Assembly (NCBI GenBank): GCA_964291265.2
Contig: OZ219747.1
Coordinates: 1,248,001 to 1,312,000, forward strand
Reading direction: 5' to 3'
Length of the DNA: 64,000 nucleotides
Source of the DNA: Alphaproteobacteria bacterium
GTDB lineage: Bacteria; Pseudomonadota; Alphaproteobacteria; SP197
Position numbers and translations under genes: made by a program. The notes beneath the pieces were generated by a model. It had not been told where the DNA came from. It saw nothing but the letters and a program-made list of their open reading frames with translations, and did not search any database. Shown in pieces: positions 28,427 to 39,795 of this stretch. Each line of letters opens with the position of its first letter. The first letter of the stretch is position 1.

Positions 28427-29346
28427 TGGAACCCCGTGGGCGACAGGGTGTAGAGACGAGCCGGCTCGGCCACCAGGCGCCACAGCAGGGTCACGCAGAC
28501 GCCCAGCACGACAAGGGCCAGAAGCCCGCGCAGTTCCTCGCCACGCAGCTCCGCACCCACCCTGGTGCCGAACTGCGCGCCGAACACGGCCCCCAGTGTC
28601 AGGATGCCGGCCAGCATGACATCGACGGTCTGTGTGCTCGTGGCGTGCAGGAATGTCGCCGTGGCCGTCACGAAGGTGATCTGGAAGAGCGATGTGCCGA
28701 TGACGACACCGACCGGCATGCCGAGCAGGTAGATCATGGCGGGCACCAGGAAGAAGCCACCGCCCACACCCATGATGGCTGCGAGGATGCCGATGATGAA
28801 ACCGAGCATGATCGGCAGCACGGCGCTGATGTAGAGCCTGGATGTGCGGAAGCGCATCTTGAAGGGCAGCCCATGGCCCCAGTGGTGGACATGGGCCTTG
28901 CGGCGCACGTTCGTGCCGCCGCGCCGGCGCAGGATGGCGCGCAGCGATTCCACCATCATCAGTGTTCCGATGGAGCCCAGCATGACGACGTAGGAGATCG
29001 AAATCACAAGGTCGATCTGGCCGATCTGACGCAGGATGCCGAACAGCCACACACCGAAGATCGAACCGAGCACACCACCGGCGATGAGGACGCCGCCCAT
29101 CTTGAAATCGACCTGGCGGCGCCGCCAGTGCGCCATGAAACCCGAGACCGACGCCGCCACCACCTGGTTCACCTCGGACCCCACGGCCACCGGGGGCGGA
29201 ACGCCGATGAAGATGAGCAGGGGAGTCATCAAGAATCCGCCGCCGACTCCGAACAGGCCTGACAGGAAGCCGACCGCACCACCCATGCCGAGCAGGAGAA
29301 AGATGTCCACGGACATCTCCGCAATCGGCAGGTAGATCTGGAACAT
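28423..29346 (-). CDS. TauE/SafE-family permease
   Basis: IYLPIAE, GFLSGLFGVGGGFLMTPLLI, MGVGGGF. Confidence 0.9.
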   Translation of the reverse strand: MFQIYLPIAEMSVDIFLLLGMGGAVGFLSGLFGVGGGFLMTPLLIFIGVPPPVAVGSEVNQVVAASVSGFMAHWRRRQVDFKMGGVLIAGGVLGSIFGVWLFGILRQIGQIDLVISISYVVMLGSIGTLMMVESLRAILRRRGGTNVRRKAHVHHWGHGLPFKMRFRTSRLYISAVLPIMLGFIIGILAAIMGVGGGFFLVPAMIYLLGMPVGVVIGTSLFQITFVTATATFLHATSTQTVDVMLAGILTLGAVFGAQFGTRVGAELRGEELRGLLALVVLGVCVTLLWRLVAEPARLYTLSPTGFH

Positions 29347-29461
29347 GGCAGTGGTCGCTGGCTAACGGCGTCCTGCCCCTTGTGCGCCTGCCTGCTGCCG
29401 GAGACAAGGGACGCGGGCAAGAAAATGTCCGTTTGCCAGTGTCGTGCGCCCTGACGGTCCT

Positions 29462-31798
29462 CTAGTCATCGCCAGGCGGCGGATTCGCGAGAACCTGCCG
29501 CTTCCCGACGTGATTGGCGGCACTGACCACACCGTTCTTCTCCATCTGTTCGATGATCGAGGCGGCACGGTTGTAACCGATCTGCAGGTGGCGCTGGATG
29601 AAACTGGTTGATGCCTTCTGTTCCTTCGTCACGATGAAGACGGCGCGGTCGTAGAGCGCCCGGTTCTTGTCGGGTGCTCCGCCAGCCGCCATGTCCGACA
29701 GGGTATCGACGGCCTCCGGGGGTTCCTCCGTGACGGAGTCGAGGTACTCGGGCCCGCCTTGCGCATGCAGGTAGGCGACAACCTCGCGTACCTCCTCGTC
29801 GCTGACGAAGGGGCCGTGAATGCGCGTCAGCCGGCCTCCGCCGCGCAGGAACAGCATGTCGCCCTTGCCGAGCAATTGTTCGGCGCCCTGGTCACCGATG
29901 ATCGTGCGGCTGTCGATCTTGGAGGTGACGTTGAACGACACCCGGCACGGGAAGTTGGCCTTGATGGTGCCTGTGATGACATCCACGGAAGGCCGCTGGG
30001 TGGCCATGATGAGGTGGATGCCGGCGGCCCGCGCCATCTGCGACAGGCGCTGGATGGCGCCCTCGATGTCGCGGCCCGCCACCAGCATGAGATCCGCCAT
30101 CTCGTCCACCACGACGACGATGAAGGGCAGGGGGCTGTCGGCAATGATCTCCTCCTCGAAACACGGATCACCGGTTCTTGCGTCGAATCCGGTCTGCACG
30201 GTCCGTGTCAGGGCGGTGCCTTCCGCGAGCGCCGCGGCGACACGGGCGTTGAAGCCCTCGATGTTGCGCACCCCGATCTTCTGCATGCCCCGGTAGCGTC
30301 TCTCCATTTCGCCGACCACCCACTTCAGGGCCATGACCGCCTTGTGCGGTTCGGTGACCACCGGTGCGAGAAGGTGCGGAATGTCGTCGTAGACCGAGAG
30401 TTCCAGCATCTTCGGATCGATCAGGATGAGCCGGCACTCGTCCGGAGAAAGCCTGTAGAGGAGGGACAGGATCATGGCATTGACCGCCACCGACTTGCCG
30501 GACCCGGTGGTTCCGGCCACCAGCAGGTGAGGCATGTCGGCAAGATCCTCGATCACCGGGGCGCCCGAAATCTGCTTGCCCAGGGCGATCGGCAACCTGG
30601 CGTCCTTCCTGGCGAAGTCGCGGGTTTCCAGGAGCTCGCGCAGAACCACCATCTCGCGGTCGTCGTTGGGGAGTTCTATGCCGAGCACCGTGCGTCCGGG
30701 AACCACGGCTACGCGGGCCGACACCGCAGACATGTTCCGTGCGATGTCGTCGGCCAGCCCTATGATGCGGCTGGCGCGTATGCCTGCATCGGGTTCGAGC
30801 TCGTAGAGTGTCACCACCGGGCCCGTGCGCACATCTTCAATGTGACCGCGGATGCCGAAGTCCGACAGCACCTCTTCAAGCCTCCGCGCCTTCTCGACCA
30901 GTGCGTTCCTGCTGACCTCGCGTCGCATGGAGGAATCGACATTGACCAGGAGTTCGCGGGGAGGAAGCCGGAAGGTCCCGTCTTGGCGCAGGTCCTTGCG
31001 CGGCGCCGGTTGCCGGTTGTCGGCGGATTTCCGGCGGCTGGCCGATCCGGAACCCTTCTTGCGGGGCTTCTTCGGGCTCGGGCGCCGCGACAGGTCCCCC
31101 CTGGGCATGGGGAAGTCGGGGATCGCATCACTGCGGGTTGCCGGCTTGTGTCTGCCGGCGCGCCACAGCGCGATCCGGTGTTTCAGCCGCCTCGGACCGC
31201 GCACCGCGGCACGGCACAATCGCCAGCCCAGCCTGACATCGGCCCACGGAACAGCTGCCGCGAACACCAGGGCGGCCAGCGCCGGCACATGGAGCGCCTG
31301 AGCATAGCCCTCCACCATGGCGAGGGAGGTTCCGAGCGTCTGCGCGGCCCAGGTCACCGCCAGGGTGCCGCCGATGCCGCCCGCACCGGCAGTGAGCCAC
31401 GCGCCCACCGGCATTGCCGCAAGAGCCGGCATCCAGAGCAGCGTCGCCGCCACGGCCGCGAGGGCGCGCCAGAGGGGAAGGGACAAACGGTGACGAAAGA
31501 TGAGGGAGCGTCCCCACGCGAGCAGCACGAAGGCCGGCAGGAGTCCGGCGATCCCGGAAAATGTGAGGATGGCTTCGGCCACGGTGGCGCCCGTGGCGCC
31601 GGCATGGTTGAGCACCGGTCCGCCCGTTACGTAGTTCAGCGATGGATCGGCAGCCTCGAACGTGACGAGAGCCAGGGCGACCCAGCCGGCAACAGCGAGG
31701 CAGGCGATGCCGAGGGCTTCCTTCAGCCGTCGGTTCATCCACGCCAGCGCTGTCGGCGGGAGCAGGTTGGGAAAGAACGACACCGGTCGTGTGGTCAT
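29462..31798 (-). CDS. ftsK: DNA translocase FtsK
   Basis: N-terminal TM region, PHLLVAGTTGSGKSV, DEMADLM, ATQRPSVDVITG, gamma domain IGYNRAA. Confidence 0.97.
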   Translation of the reverse strand: MTTRPVSFFPNLLPPTALAWMNRRLKEALGIACLAVAGWVALALVTFEAADPSLNYVTGGPVLNHAGATGATVAEAILTFSGIAGLLPAFVLLAWGRSLIFRHRLSLPLWRALAAVAATLLWMPALAAMPVGAWLTAGAGGIGGTLAVTWAAQTLGTSLAMVEGYAQALHVPALAALVFAAAVPWADVRLGWRLCRAAVRGPRRLKHRIALWRAGRHKPATRSDAIPDFPMPRGDLSRRPSPKKPRKKGSGSASRRKSADNRQPAPRKDLRQDGTFRLPPRELLVNVDSSMRREVSRNALVEKARRLEEVLSDFGIRGHIEDVRTGPVVTLYELEPDAGIRASRIIGLADDIARNMSAVSARVAVVPGRTVLGIELPNDDREMVVLRELLETRDFARKDARLPIALGKQISGAPVIEDLADMPHLLVAGTTGSGKSVAVNAMILSLLYRLSPDECRLILIDPKMLELSVYDDIPHLLAPVVTEPHKAVMALKWVVGEMERRYRGMQKIGVRNIEGFNARVAAALAEGTALTRTVQTGFDARTGDPCFEEEIIADSPLPFIVVVVDEMADLMLVAGRDIEGAIQRLSQMARAAGIHLIMATQRPSVDVITGTIKANFPCRVSFNVTSKIDSRTIIGDQGAEQLLGKGDMLFLRGGGRLTRIHGPFVSDEEVREVVAYLHAQGGPEYLDSVTEEPPEAVDTLSDMAAGGAPDKNRALYDRAVFIVTKEQKASTSFIQRHLQIGYNRAASIIEQMEKNGVVSAANHVGKRQVLANPPPGDD

Positions 31799-31801
31799 GA
31801 C

Positions 31802-33004
31802 TCAGTTCCCTGCTGCCAGTGTTTCCGCAAGACGGGTCAGGCCTTCCCGGGTGGAGTCGTGATCGCCGACCAGAGCCACGCGGATGTAGGGAAGGGCTTC
31901 ATTGGTGCCATCGTTCCTGTCCTCGGCAAGGAAGGCGCCGGGGAGAACCTTGACGGCCGCTTCGGCCCACAGCCTTCTTGCTGCCTCGATGCCGTTGCCG
32001 ACATCCAGCCACAGGAAGAAACCGCCAGGTGGCCTGAAGAATCCGAAACGGTTGCCCAGAACGGCCTCGGCCATGTCGATCTTCTCCCGGTAGAGCCGAC
32101 GGTTCTCCTCGACGTGCTCCTCGTCGGACCACAGCACCTCGGCGGTGTTCAGGACGGCCATCGGACTGGCTGCCGCCGCATACCTGCGCAGGCGCATGTA
32201 GGCGGCGATGAAATCGGGATCGCCGGCCACGAAACCATGCCGCAGACCGGGAACGCTGGAGCGCTTGGACAATGAATGGAAGCACACGACATGTGACAGA
32301 TCACCGTCCTCGGCACAGACCTGCATGACACCGGGCGGTGGTGCGCGATCCCAGATTTCCGCGTAGCACTCGTCTGCGACGAGCAGAAAGTCGTGTCGCC
32401 TGGCGAGGGCGACAGCCCGCCGGAGATAGGCGGGATCGGCCACCGCGCCCTGTGGATTGGCAGGTGAACAAAGGTAGAAGATGGCTGTTCTGTCGAGAAC
32501 GTCATCGGTGAGACCGTCGAGATCCGGCAGGAAGCCGGTCCGCGAGGTGCAGGGCATGAAGAACGGCTGTGCTCCGGCGGCCACGGCGCCCGCCTTGTAG
32601 GGCGGGTAGAAGGGATTGGGCATCAGCGCCAGCGGTCTGCCCTTCGCCCATGTTGTCGGCACGGCTGCGAGGGCGACCATGAAGAGGCCCTCCCTGGTTC
32701 CCTGGACCGGGATGATGCTCCGGTCGGGGTCGATGAAGCCGTCGCAGAGAGCGTAGCGCCGGGAGAGCCAGGCAGCCATGGCACGCCTCAGACCCGGTGT
32801 GCCCTCCACCGGGGGATACCTGCCGTAATCCACGAAGGCATCGGACAATGGCCGGCGCGCGATCTCCGGCACACCATGGCGCGGTTCGCCGATCCACATC
32901 GCGATCGCCTCGCTGTTGCCGTCAGGCAACGCCATGTCCTTGATGAGCGCGTTCATGCGCCGGAAAGGGTATTCCTTCAGGGTTTCGAGTCTGTCGCTGA
33001 TCAT
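31802..33004 (-). CDS. PLP aminotransferase class I/II (DapC-like)
   Basis: GTREGLF, PNPFY, LCSPANPQG, DECYAEI, SLSKRSSVPGLR. Confidence 0.88.
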   Translation of the reverse strand: MISDRLETLKEYPFRRMNALIKDMALPDGNSEAIAMWIGEPRHGVPEIARRPLSDAFVDYGRYPPVEGTPGLRRAMAAWLSRRYALCDGFIDPDRSIIPVQGTREGLFMVALAAVPTTWAKGRPLALMPNPFYPPYKAGAVAAGAQPFFMPCTSRTGFLPDLDGLTDDVLDRTAIFYLCSPANPQGAVADPAYLRRAVALARRHDFLLVADECYAEIWDRAPPPGVMQVCAEDGDLSHVVCFHSLSKRSSVPGLRHGFVAGDPDFIAAYMRLRRYAAAASPMAVLNTAEVLWSDEEHVEENRRLYREKIDMAEAVLGNRFGFFRPPGGFFLWLDVGNGIEAARRLWAEAAVKVLPGAFLAEDRNDGTNEALPYIRVALVGDHDSTREGLTRLAETLAAGN

Positions 33005-33106
33005 GCTGTCATTCCGAGGACGGTCCGAAGTGTGGCACACATTTGCTCCCGCAATCAAAATATTCACTGTTGATGGTCTGTTAAGCGGTATTCCTCCCGG
33101 TTTCAG

Positions 33107-33982
33107 TCAACTTTTTCCCTGGCGCGCCAGGGATTCCCTGCGTGCGACATGGAGACCGGCAAGAACGATGATGACGGTGCCGGACCATGTCCACGTGTCC
33201 GGAAACTCGCGCCAGAAGACCCAGCCGTAGAACGTGGCGCCGACGATCTCCGTATAGATGAAGGGCGCCAGAAGCGAGGCCGGCGCCAGGGTATAGGCCC
33301 TGATGACGAGACCGTTGCTGCCCGACGAGAGCAGGGCAATCACCACGAGCGCCGCCCATTGCCAGCCAACGGGTGACTGCCAGTACCACGGACTGATCGC
33401 CGCGAGCACGACCAGGGTCACCAGAGATGACCACAACATCATGTTCGGAGTGGAGTTTCTCACCGAAATCTTGCGTGTGATGACGACATAGACCGACCAG
33501 ATCACCGTCGCCAGAACCGGCCAGATGGCGCCCCATCCCATGAGCCCCGAACCGGGTCGCACGATGATGAGACCGCCGACGAGGCCAACGGCGCAGGCGG
33601 CCCAGCGATGCCATCCGGCGCGTTCACCGAGAAACACGTGGGCCATGGCCGTGATCACGAGGGGACCGACGAAGAGAATGGCGATGAGATCGGCGAACTG
33701 GAGGACCCTGAGGCCGCTGTAGAACGTGAACCCCATGGCGAACTGGCAGGCCGAACGGGCGATCTGCCAACCCGTATCGGCGGTCCGGATGAGGCGCAGC
33801 GGATTGGGCTCGCGTGACACCAGCAGAGCCATGACCACGAGGCCGCAGGCCTGGAACACCATGACCTGGAAGATCGGCAGATCCTGGATGGTCCATTTCG
33901 CCAGGGCGTCGGAGGTGTTGACCACCAACAGTGACAGCAGCATCAGGATGATGCCGGCGGCGTGAGGATGGAATCGGGTCAC
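33107..33982 (-). CDS. DMT/EamA-family transporter
   Basis: About ten hydrophobic segments, FLGERAG, APASLLAPF; GTGA overlap with the amidase stop. Confidence 0.85.
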   Translation of the reverse strand: MTRFHPHAAGIILMLLSLLVVNTSDALAKWTIQDLPIFQVMVFQACGLVVMALLVSREPNPLRLIRTADTGWQIARSACQFAMGFTFYSGLRVLQFADLIAILFVGPLVITAMAHVFLGERAGWHRWAACAVGLVGGLIIVRPGSGLMGWGAIWPVLATVIWSVYVVITRKISVRNSTPNMMLWSSLVTLVVLAAISPWYWQSPVGWQWAALVVIALLSSGSNGLVIRAYTLAPASLLAPFIYTEIVGATFYGWVFWREFPDTWTWSGTVIIVLAGLHVARRESLARQGKS

Positions 33983-35337
33983 GCCGGCGGTTGTGTCATT
34001 CCCGCCACCTCGACGGCGCGGGCGAGACGCAGCAGGGCCTCCTCCCTGCCGGGCCGTTGCATGAGCATCAGGCCTGCCGGCATGCCGGACGCGGCTTTCC
34101 CGCACGGCAGGGTGATGGCGCAGACCTTCAGGAGATTGCCCGGTGTCGTGTTTCCCAGCATGGCGGCGTTCGCATCTGTGTACACCTTCTCGTCCTCGAG
34201 GAGGTCGGCGATTTGCGGGGCGCTGATACGCACGGTGGGGGCGACCAGGGAGTCGCATCCGCCCATCCTGCGATGGAGCCTGCCGGCCACGGAGTCGAGT
34301 TCACGCAGGATTTCCAGAACTTCGTGTCCCGCCTGGATCTTGCCGGAGAGGAACCGGGGCAGCATGAAGGAGAAGATCTTGTCCGGCATGTCGCTCACGA
34401 CACCGGACCAGGACGACCAGGCATCCGTCGTGATCAGCCGTCCGGCGACTCTCATCGATTCCGCGAACTCGTCGACATCCTGCCATTCGACACGTGCGCC
34501 GGCATCCTCGAGACGTGCGAGCGCCTCGCGGCAGCAGCGATCAATTCCTTCATCGATACCGCGCCACATCGGCGAGGCGACGGCGATGAGGCGCTTTCCT
34601 GCGATGCGGGCGCCGTCCAGGTCAGCCATCGGCCTGCCCGAGAGGACGGACCACATGGCCGCGGCATCGGCCACGTCCGAGGCCAGGGGTCCGATGGTGT
34701 CGAACAGCGATGCCAGGGGCATCACGCCGTCCATGGGGAGTGCGCCTATGGTGGTCTTGAAACCGACCACGCCATTGAGGGCTGCGGGAATACGCACCGA
34801 CCCTCCGGTATCGCTGCCGATCGCGATCGGGCCCAGCCCGCGCGCAACGGCGACTCCGGCTCCCGACGACGAGCCTCCGGGAACGCGGTCGACAGTCGCG
34901 TCATGGGCATTGGCCGGTGTTCCATGAGTCGTGTTGATTCCGAGTCCGGAGAAGGCGAACTCGGTCATGTTGGTCTTGCCGAGGAAGACGGTGCCTTCCT
35001 GGGTGGCGCGCCGCAGCACAAGGCCGTCGCGTTCGGGGATGCGGCCCGCGAGAGCCCGTGCGGCCATCGTTGTCTCGACACCGGCGACATCGACCACGTC
35101 CTTCCAGGACACCGGGACGCCGTCGAGAGGTCCTCGCCGCAATCCCTGGCGCTGGCGGCGACGGGCGGCTTCGGCTTCCGCGCGGGTACGATCCCGGACA
35201 AGGCGGATGAAGATCCGGCCGTCGCCGTCAAGCGACGCGATGCGCTCGAGAAAGTGCTCGGCAAGATCCACGGGATCGATCGCACCGGCGGCCATCTCCC
35301 GGCCAAGCTGCAGCGCCGTCATGTCGTGCCACATCAT
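33979..35337 (-). CDS. Amidase-signature family protein
   Basis: GPLDGVPVSWKD, GKTNMTEFA, PGGSSSG, IGSDTGGSVRIPA. Confidence 0.92.
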   Translation of the reverse strand: MMWHDMTALQLGREMAAGAIDPVDLAEHFLERIASLDGDGRIFIRLVRDRTRAEAEAARRRQRQGLRRGPLDGVPVSWKDVVDVAGVETTMAARALAGRIPERDGLVLRRATQEGTVFLGKTNMTEFAFSGLGINTTHGTPANAHDATVDRVPGGSSSGAGVAVARGLGPIAIGSDTGGSVRIPAALNGVVGFKTTIGALPMDGVMPLASLFDTIGPLASDVADAAAMWSVLSGRPMADLDGARIAGKRLIAVASPMWRGIDEGIDRCCREALARLEDAGARVEWQDVDEFAESMRVAGRLITTDAWSSWSGVVSDMPDKIFSFMLPRFLSGKIQAGHEVLEILRELDSVAGRLHRRMGGCDSLVAPTVRISAPQIADLLEDEKVYTDANAAMLGNTTPGNLLKVCAITLPCGKAASGMPAGLMLMQRPGREEALLRLARAVEVAGMTQPPA

Positions 35338-35447
35338 CGCCCCGTTCCCCTGCTGTCCCTCACGGGATGTTTCCGGTTGCTTGCTATCACTGTCGCGCGG
35401 ATGCTGCCAGTGATGACGTTGGGCTGGATGTGATGTTGAATGGAGCC

Positions 35448-36656
35448 ATGGACTCGCGTTTCGACATCTGTGTCGTCGGCGGTGGCATGAGCGGCATGAC
35501 GACCGCCCTTGCCCTGGCGCGGGCCGGCTTCGAGGTGGCCCTGGTCGAAAGGGTTCCCCGCCAGACGATTCTTGACGCCTCGTTCGACGGGCGCGTCTCC
35601 TCCATTTCCTGGGGTTCGAAACTGGTTCTTGAACGGCTCGATGCATGGCAGGGCGTCGTTCCCCAAGCCCAGCCCATCCTTGACATCCGCGTCTCGGATC
35701 GACAGTCGCCCTTCTTCCTTCACTACGACCATCGGGATGTCGGTGACCATCCCATGGGGTGGATCATGGAGAATCGGGCGCTTCGGCAGGCTCTCGACAG
35801 CGCGGTCGACCACGCCACGCGGGTGCATCGGGTATGCGCGCGCGTTGTCGCCATGGAATGCGACGATGCGGGCGCGACCCTGGACCTTGACGATGATTCC
35901 AGGCTGCGCTGCGGTCTTGTCGTGGCCTGCGACGGCGCCGGTTCGCCGTTGCGCACCATGTCCGGCATCGCCACCTGGCGGCACGATTACCGGCAGACGG
36001 CCATCATCGCCACGGTGCGCCACACAAGACCACACAACGGTATCGCCCACGAGCGGTTCCTCGCCGGTGGTCCCTTCGCCATCCTGCCCCTGCCGGGGAA
36101 TCGCTCCTCCGTCGTGTGGACAGAGGACGAGGATGTCGCGAGGCGGATCCTCGAACTCGACCACGGCGCGTTCGCAGAGGAGCTGGCGTGGAGGTTCGGC
36201 GACTTTCTGGGACCGCTGGACGTGACGGGACCGGTCCTTGACCACCATCTCTCCCTGGCGGTCGCCAACCGTCTCATCGGCTTCCGGCTGGTCCTTGTGG
36301 GCGATGCCGCCCACGCCATTCATCCCATTGCCGGTCAGGGGTTCAATCTGGGTATCCGCGATGCGGCAGTGCTCGCCGAGGTTCTGGCCGACATGGCGCG
36401 TCTCGGACTGGGTCCGGGTTCGGGCGCTGCCCTGACGGCCTACGCCCGCCGGCGCCGTGTGGATACGTGGATGCTGGTCACCATGACCCACGGTCTCAAC
36501 CGCCTCTTTGCCATGCGCTCGCCTCCGGTGGCGCTGGCCCGCGGCCTTGGTCTCGCTCTGGTGGGATCCATGAAACCCGTCAAGCGCCTGCTCATGAAGG
36601 ATGCCATGGGAGTGGCCGGGCGGTTGCCGCGGTTGATGACCGGGGAGAGGCTGTAG
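35448..36656 (+). CDS. UbiH/UbiF/VisC-family FAD-dependent hydroxylase
   Basis: VVGGGMSG, ACDGAGS, LVGDAAHAIHPIAGQGFNLGIRD. Confidence 0.92.
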   Translation: MDSRFDICVVGGGMSGMTTALALARAGFEVALVERVPRQTILDASFDGRVSSISWGSKLVLERLDAWQGVVPQAQPILDIRVSDRQSPFFLHYDHRDVGDHPMGWIMENRALRQALDSAVDHATRVHRVCARVVAMECDDAGATLDLDDDSRLRCGLVVACDGAGSPLRTMSGIATWRHDYRQTAIIATVRHTRPHNGIAHERFLAGGPFAILPLPGNRSSVVWTEDEDVARRILELDHGAFAEELAWRFGDFLGPLDVTGPVLDHHLSLAVANRLIGFRLVLVGDAAHAIHPIAGQGFNLGIRDAAVLAEVLADMARLGLGPGSGAALTAYARRRRVDTWMLVTMTHGLNRLFAMRSPPVALARGLGLALVGSMKPVKRLLMKDAMGVAGRLPRLMTGERL

Positions 36657-36667
36657 CCACGGCCGGA

Positions 36668-37951
36668 TCAGGAGCGGTCCTGCTGGTCCTCCAGAGTGTT
36701 CAGCACCAGCCAGCCCGCTGCCAGCAGGACAACGATGACAGCCATGCCAAGGCGCTGGCTCGACGTCGCGTAGGCGACCACGCCGACGAGCAGCGGACCG
36801 GCGAAGCTGGTGATCTTGCCGGAGAGCGCGAACAGGCCGAACATTTCACCGGTCATGTGCGACGGGGCGAGGCGGGCCATGAGCGATCGGCTTGCCGACT
36901 GCACCGGACCGATGAAAACGCCGAGCAGGCCACCGAGTATCCAGAACCAGAGCGTCGATTCGATGATCAGCACGACGACACTGAGCACGATGAGGGCGGC
37001 GAGCGTGACAAGCAGTGTCCGCCGCGCTCCGACCCGGTCGTCCACCCATCCGAACGCCGCGGCTCCTGCGCACGCCGTGATGTTGAGCAGGATGGCGAAC
37101 AACAACACCGATTCCTCGTCCATGGCGAAGGTGGTGGCGGCATAGACGCCTCCCAGGGCGAAGAGCGTGTTGAGGCCGTCGACATAGAGCAGTCGGGCGA
37201 TGAGGAACCTGATGATCGTGCGGTGCTGGCGAAACTCCCGCAGCGTGTCCATGAGCTGTTTGACGCCGATGCGCACGGCCTCTGCCGGCGCCCGTCCGGT
37301 GCCCGGTCGGTCTGGCGTGAACAGGAAGAACGGCCAGCTGAAGATAATGAACCAGAGCGCCGTGACGACGGCAACGAAACGGATGTGCTCCGCCTCATCG
37401 CGTTCCAGGCCGAAGGGGAGCGGATCGGCCAGGACAAGGAACCCGAGGACCAGGACGAGACAGCCGATTCCCCCGGCATATCCCAGGCCCCAGGCCCATC
37501 CCGACAGGCGGCCGAAGCGGGAGGGTTCGACGAGATCCGGCAGCATCGCGTTGTAGAACACAACCGACGTCTCGAAGGCGACGTTGACCAGGACGACGAG
37601 GCCGAGGACCGGAATGATCCAGCGCGATTCGGGGGCGCAGAACCACAGCGCCGCCGTCGCGACGACCATGATGAGACTGAAACCCATGACCCATGGCTTG
37701 CGCCGGCCGCCGGCATCCGCGATGGCGCCTGCCACCGGCGCCAGGATGGCGATGACGAGTGCCGAGACCGCGATACCCCAACTCCACAGGGCAAGACCCT
37801 CCGCCTCGCTGTCGGCAACGGCGCGGGCAAAGTAGGGAGCAAAGATGAACGTGATGACGATGGTGGGCGTGGGAGAGTTCGCCCAGTCGAAGAGACACCA
37901 CGAGACAAGTCCCCTGGCTCCGGCAGGACGGGTGGTTCCGGTGGTTGTCAT
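36668..37951 (-). CDS. MFS transporter (ATG22/UMF1-like)
   Basis: SWCLFDWANS, FYNAMLP, QSASRSLMARL, FGLFALSGK. Confidence 0.88.
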   Translation of the reverse strand: MTTTGTTRPAGARGLVSWCLFDWANSPTPTIVITFIFAPYFARAVADSEAEGLALWSWGIAVSALVIAILAPVAGAIADAGGRRKPWVMGFSLIMVVATAALWFCAPESRWIIPVLGLVVLVNVAFETSVVFYNAMLPDLVEPSRFGRLSGWAWGLGYAGGIGCLVLVLGFLVLADPLPFGLERDEAEHIRFVAVVTALWFIIFSWPFFLFTPDRPGTGRAPAEAVRIGVKQLMDTLREFRQHRTIIRFLIARLLYVDGLNTLFALGGVYAATTFAMDEESVLLFAILLNITACAGAAAFGWVDDRVGARRTLLVTLAALIVLSVVVLIIESTLWFWILGGLLGVFIGPVQSASRSLMARLAPSHMTGEMFGLFALSGKITSFAGPLLVGVVAYATSSQRLGMAVIVVLLAAGWLVLNTLEDQQDRS

Positions 37952-38598
37952 GACGCTTCCCGACTGATGCCGCCCCGGTGCCCGGGACAACGGTATCCCG
38001 CCCGCCGGTCCTGCCGGTTGATCGCATGGAGAACCCGGGGTCCCTGGCAGGCGACGACATCCTTCCTGCACGTGAACCCAAGTCTCGACATCAGGCGCCT
38101 TGACGAGAGGTTGTGAGGGCTCGTGATGGCCTTGATGCTGCGTGTGCTCAATTCCATGAAGGCATGCTCGAGAACCCGTGCGGTGGCCTTCAGCTACTCG
38201 GCAGAATCGACGTCATCGCCGATGACGCATCCCGTGCTGCCCATGATGGGCGCCTTGGTCCGGGTCTTCTCCAGTACGCCCCACATGCCGCTGCCATGGT
38301 GTTCGAAGGCCGCGGCGGCCGTTCGTACCGGGAGAGGGCGCCCGGGTCACTGGAACACCCCGGAATGATCCGTGAGACTATGTGCTCCTGGTCGGCAAAC
38401 AGGTTCCCGAGTGCCGGGAGGCGACCCCTCTCGAGGAGACGCAACTCGAGCCGCCTTGCAGCAGGAACTGTCACACGCCTGTCACCTCGACCGTTCATGT
38501 GACACTGTGCCGGTGCACCATTCCCCGGACAACCCCCGGGCTTGGCAAGCGGAGGACAAGGTGGCGGGAACCAGCTCATGCCGGACGCGAAGGAACCG

Positions 38599-39471
38599 AT
38601 GACAATCGCGCTGATCCACGGACTCTCCGCGCTGGCCGGACGCTATGACGGGTTGCTCGTGGACCTGTGGGGATGCCTGCACGACGGTATCGACGCCCAT
38701 GCCGGAGCCGTCGAGGCACTGGTGGCGTTCCGCCGCCTGGGCGGTCGTGTCGTGTTGCTGTCCAACGCCCCACGCACGCCACAGGCCGTTGCCCGGCAGC
38801 TGCAGGCGATGGGGGTTCCCGACTGCGCCTGGGACGGGATCATGACAGCCGGCCTGGCGACGCGTCTGGCCGTCGAGCATGGCGAGGACCCCTGGTATGC
38901 AGCGCTGGGTCCCAGGTTCTGGCACCTGGGAACGGAACGGGATGCACATCTTCTTGACGGGCTTGCCCGCCAGCGATGCACCAGCATCGATGAGGCGGAC
39001 TTCGTGCTGTGCTGCGGTATCCGTTGCCCGGGCGAGACCCTTGGCGACATCATGCCTGACCTCGAACCGGCGCTCGAACGCGGCCTGCCGATGGTGTCGG
39101 CCAATCCGGACAGGTTCGTGCTGCGAGGCAAGGCGCGCGAGATCTGCGCCGGCACCATCGCCGATGCCTATGTCGCCCGCGGAGGATGCATGCGCCAGGA
39201 GGGAAAGCCCTTCCCGTCGGTCTACCGGCGATGCCTTGCCATGCTGGCGGGTGTGCTGCCGGAACGCGTCCTTGCCGTGGGAGACGGCATCGGGACGGAC
39301 ATTGTCGGAGCACGTGACAGTGGTATCGATGCGGTATGGATCACGGGCGGCCTGCCGGCCCACTTCTGGGGCATCGCACCGCATCAGGTTCCGCCGCGGC
39401 CCCTTGTCGATGAAGCCTGCCGGCATCATGGCGTCACTCCGGCGGGCATCATGCCCATGCTGGCTTGGTAG
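38599..39471 (+). CDS. HAD subfamily IIA hydrolase (TIGR01459-like)
   Basis: DLWGCLHDG, LSNAPR, ANPD, GKP, VGDGIGTD. Confidence 0.88.
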   Translation: MTIALIHGLSALAGRYDGLLVDLWGCLHDGIDAHAGAVEALVAFRRLGGRVVLLSNAPRTPQAVARQLQAMGVPDCAWDGIMTAGLATRLAVEHGEDPWYAALGPRFWHLGTERDAHLLDGLARQRCTSIDEADFVLCCGIRCPGETLGDIMPDLEPALERGLPMVSANPDRFVLRGKAREICAGTIADAYVARGGCMRQEGKPFPSVYRRCLAMLAGVLPERVLAVGDGIGTDIVGARDSGIDAVWITGGLPAHFWGIAPHQVPPRPLVDEACRHHGVTPAGIMPMLAW

Positions 39472-39795
39472 CAGGAGAGACCAGGGGTGTCGAGGGCATT
39501 CGCGCCTGTGCCGAACGCGAGTCGCAGGGGTCTGCTCATTCCTCTTCGGAGACCCGAATTCAGGCGAGTTTCCGGTCGCGCCGCGGGAGCACGGCACTGA
39601 TGTCAGTACAGCGAACTCCATGCTGCATCGACGCTATCGGCCGAGGGCCGCAGAAACGTGTCGACTGCCCGTCGCTCGACCACTACAATGGGTCGCAAGA
39701 CGATGACCGTCTGGTCGGTTCCCGGGGCGGTTCGCGTGATGGGCGCGCGGACGAAAGCACCGCCAAACCAGCCACGTCAACCAGGAGAAGTTATC

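Noticed and set aside
37960-38570. Short ORFs between the MFS and HAD genes
   Set aside because: Minus-strand reading is protein-like but broken by a stop; no identifiable motif
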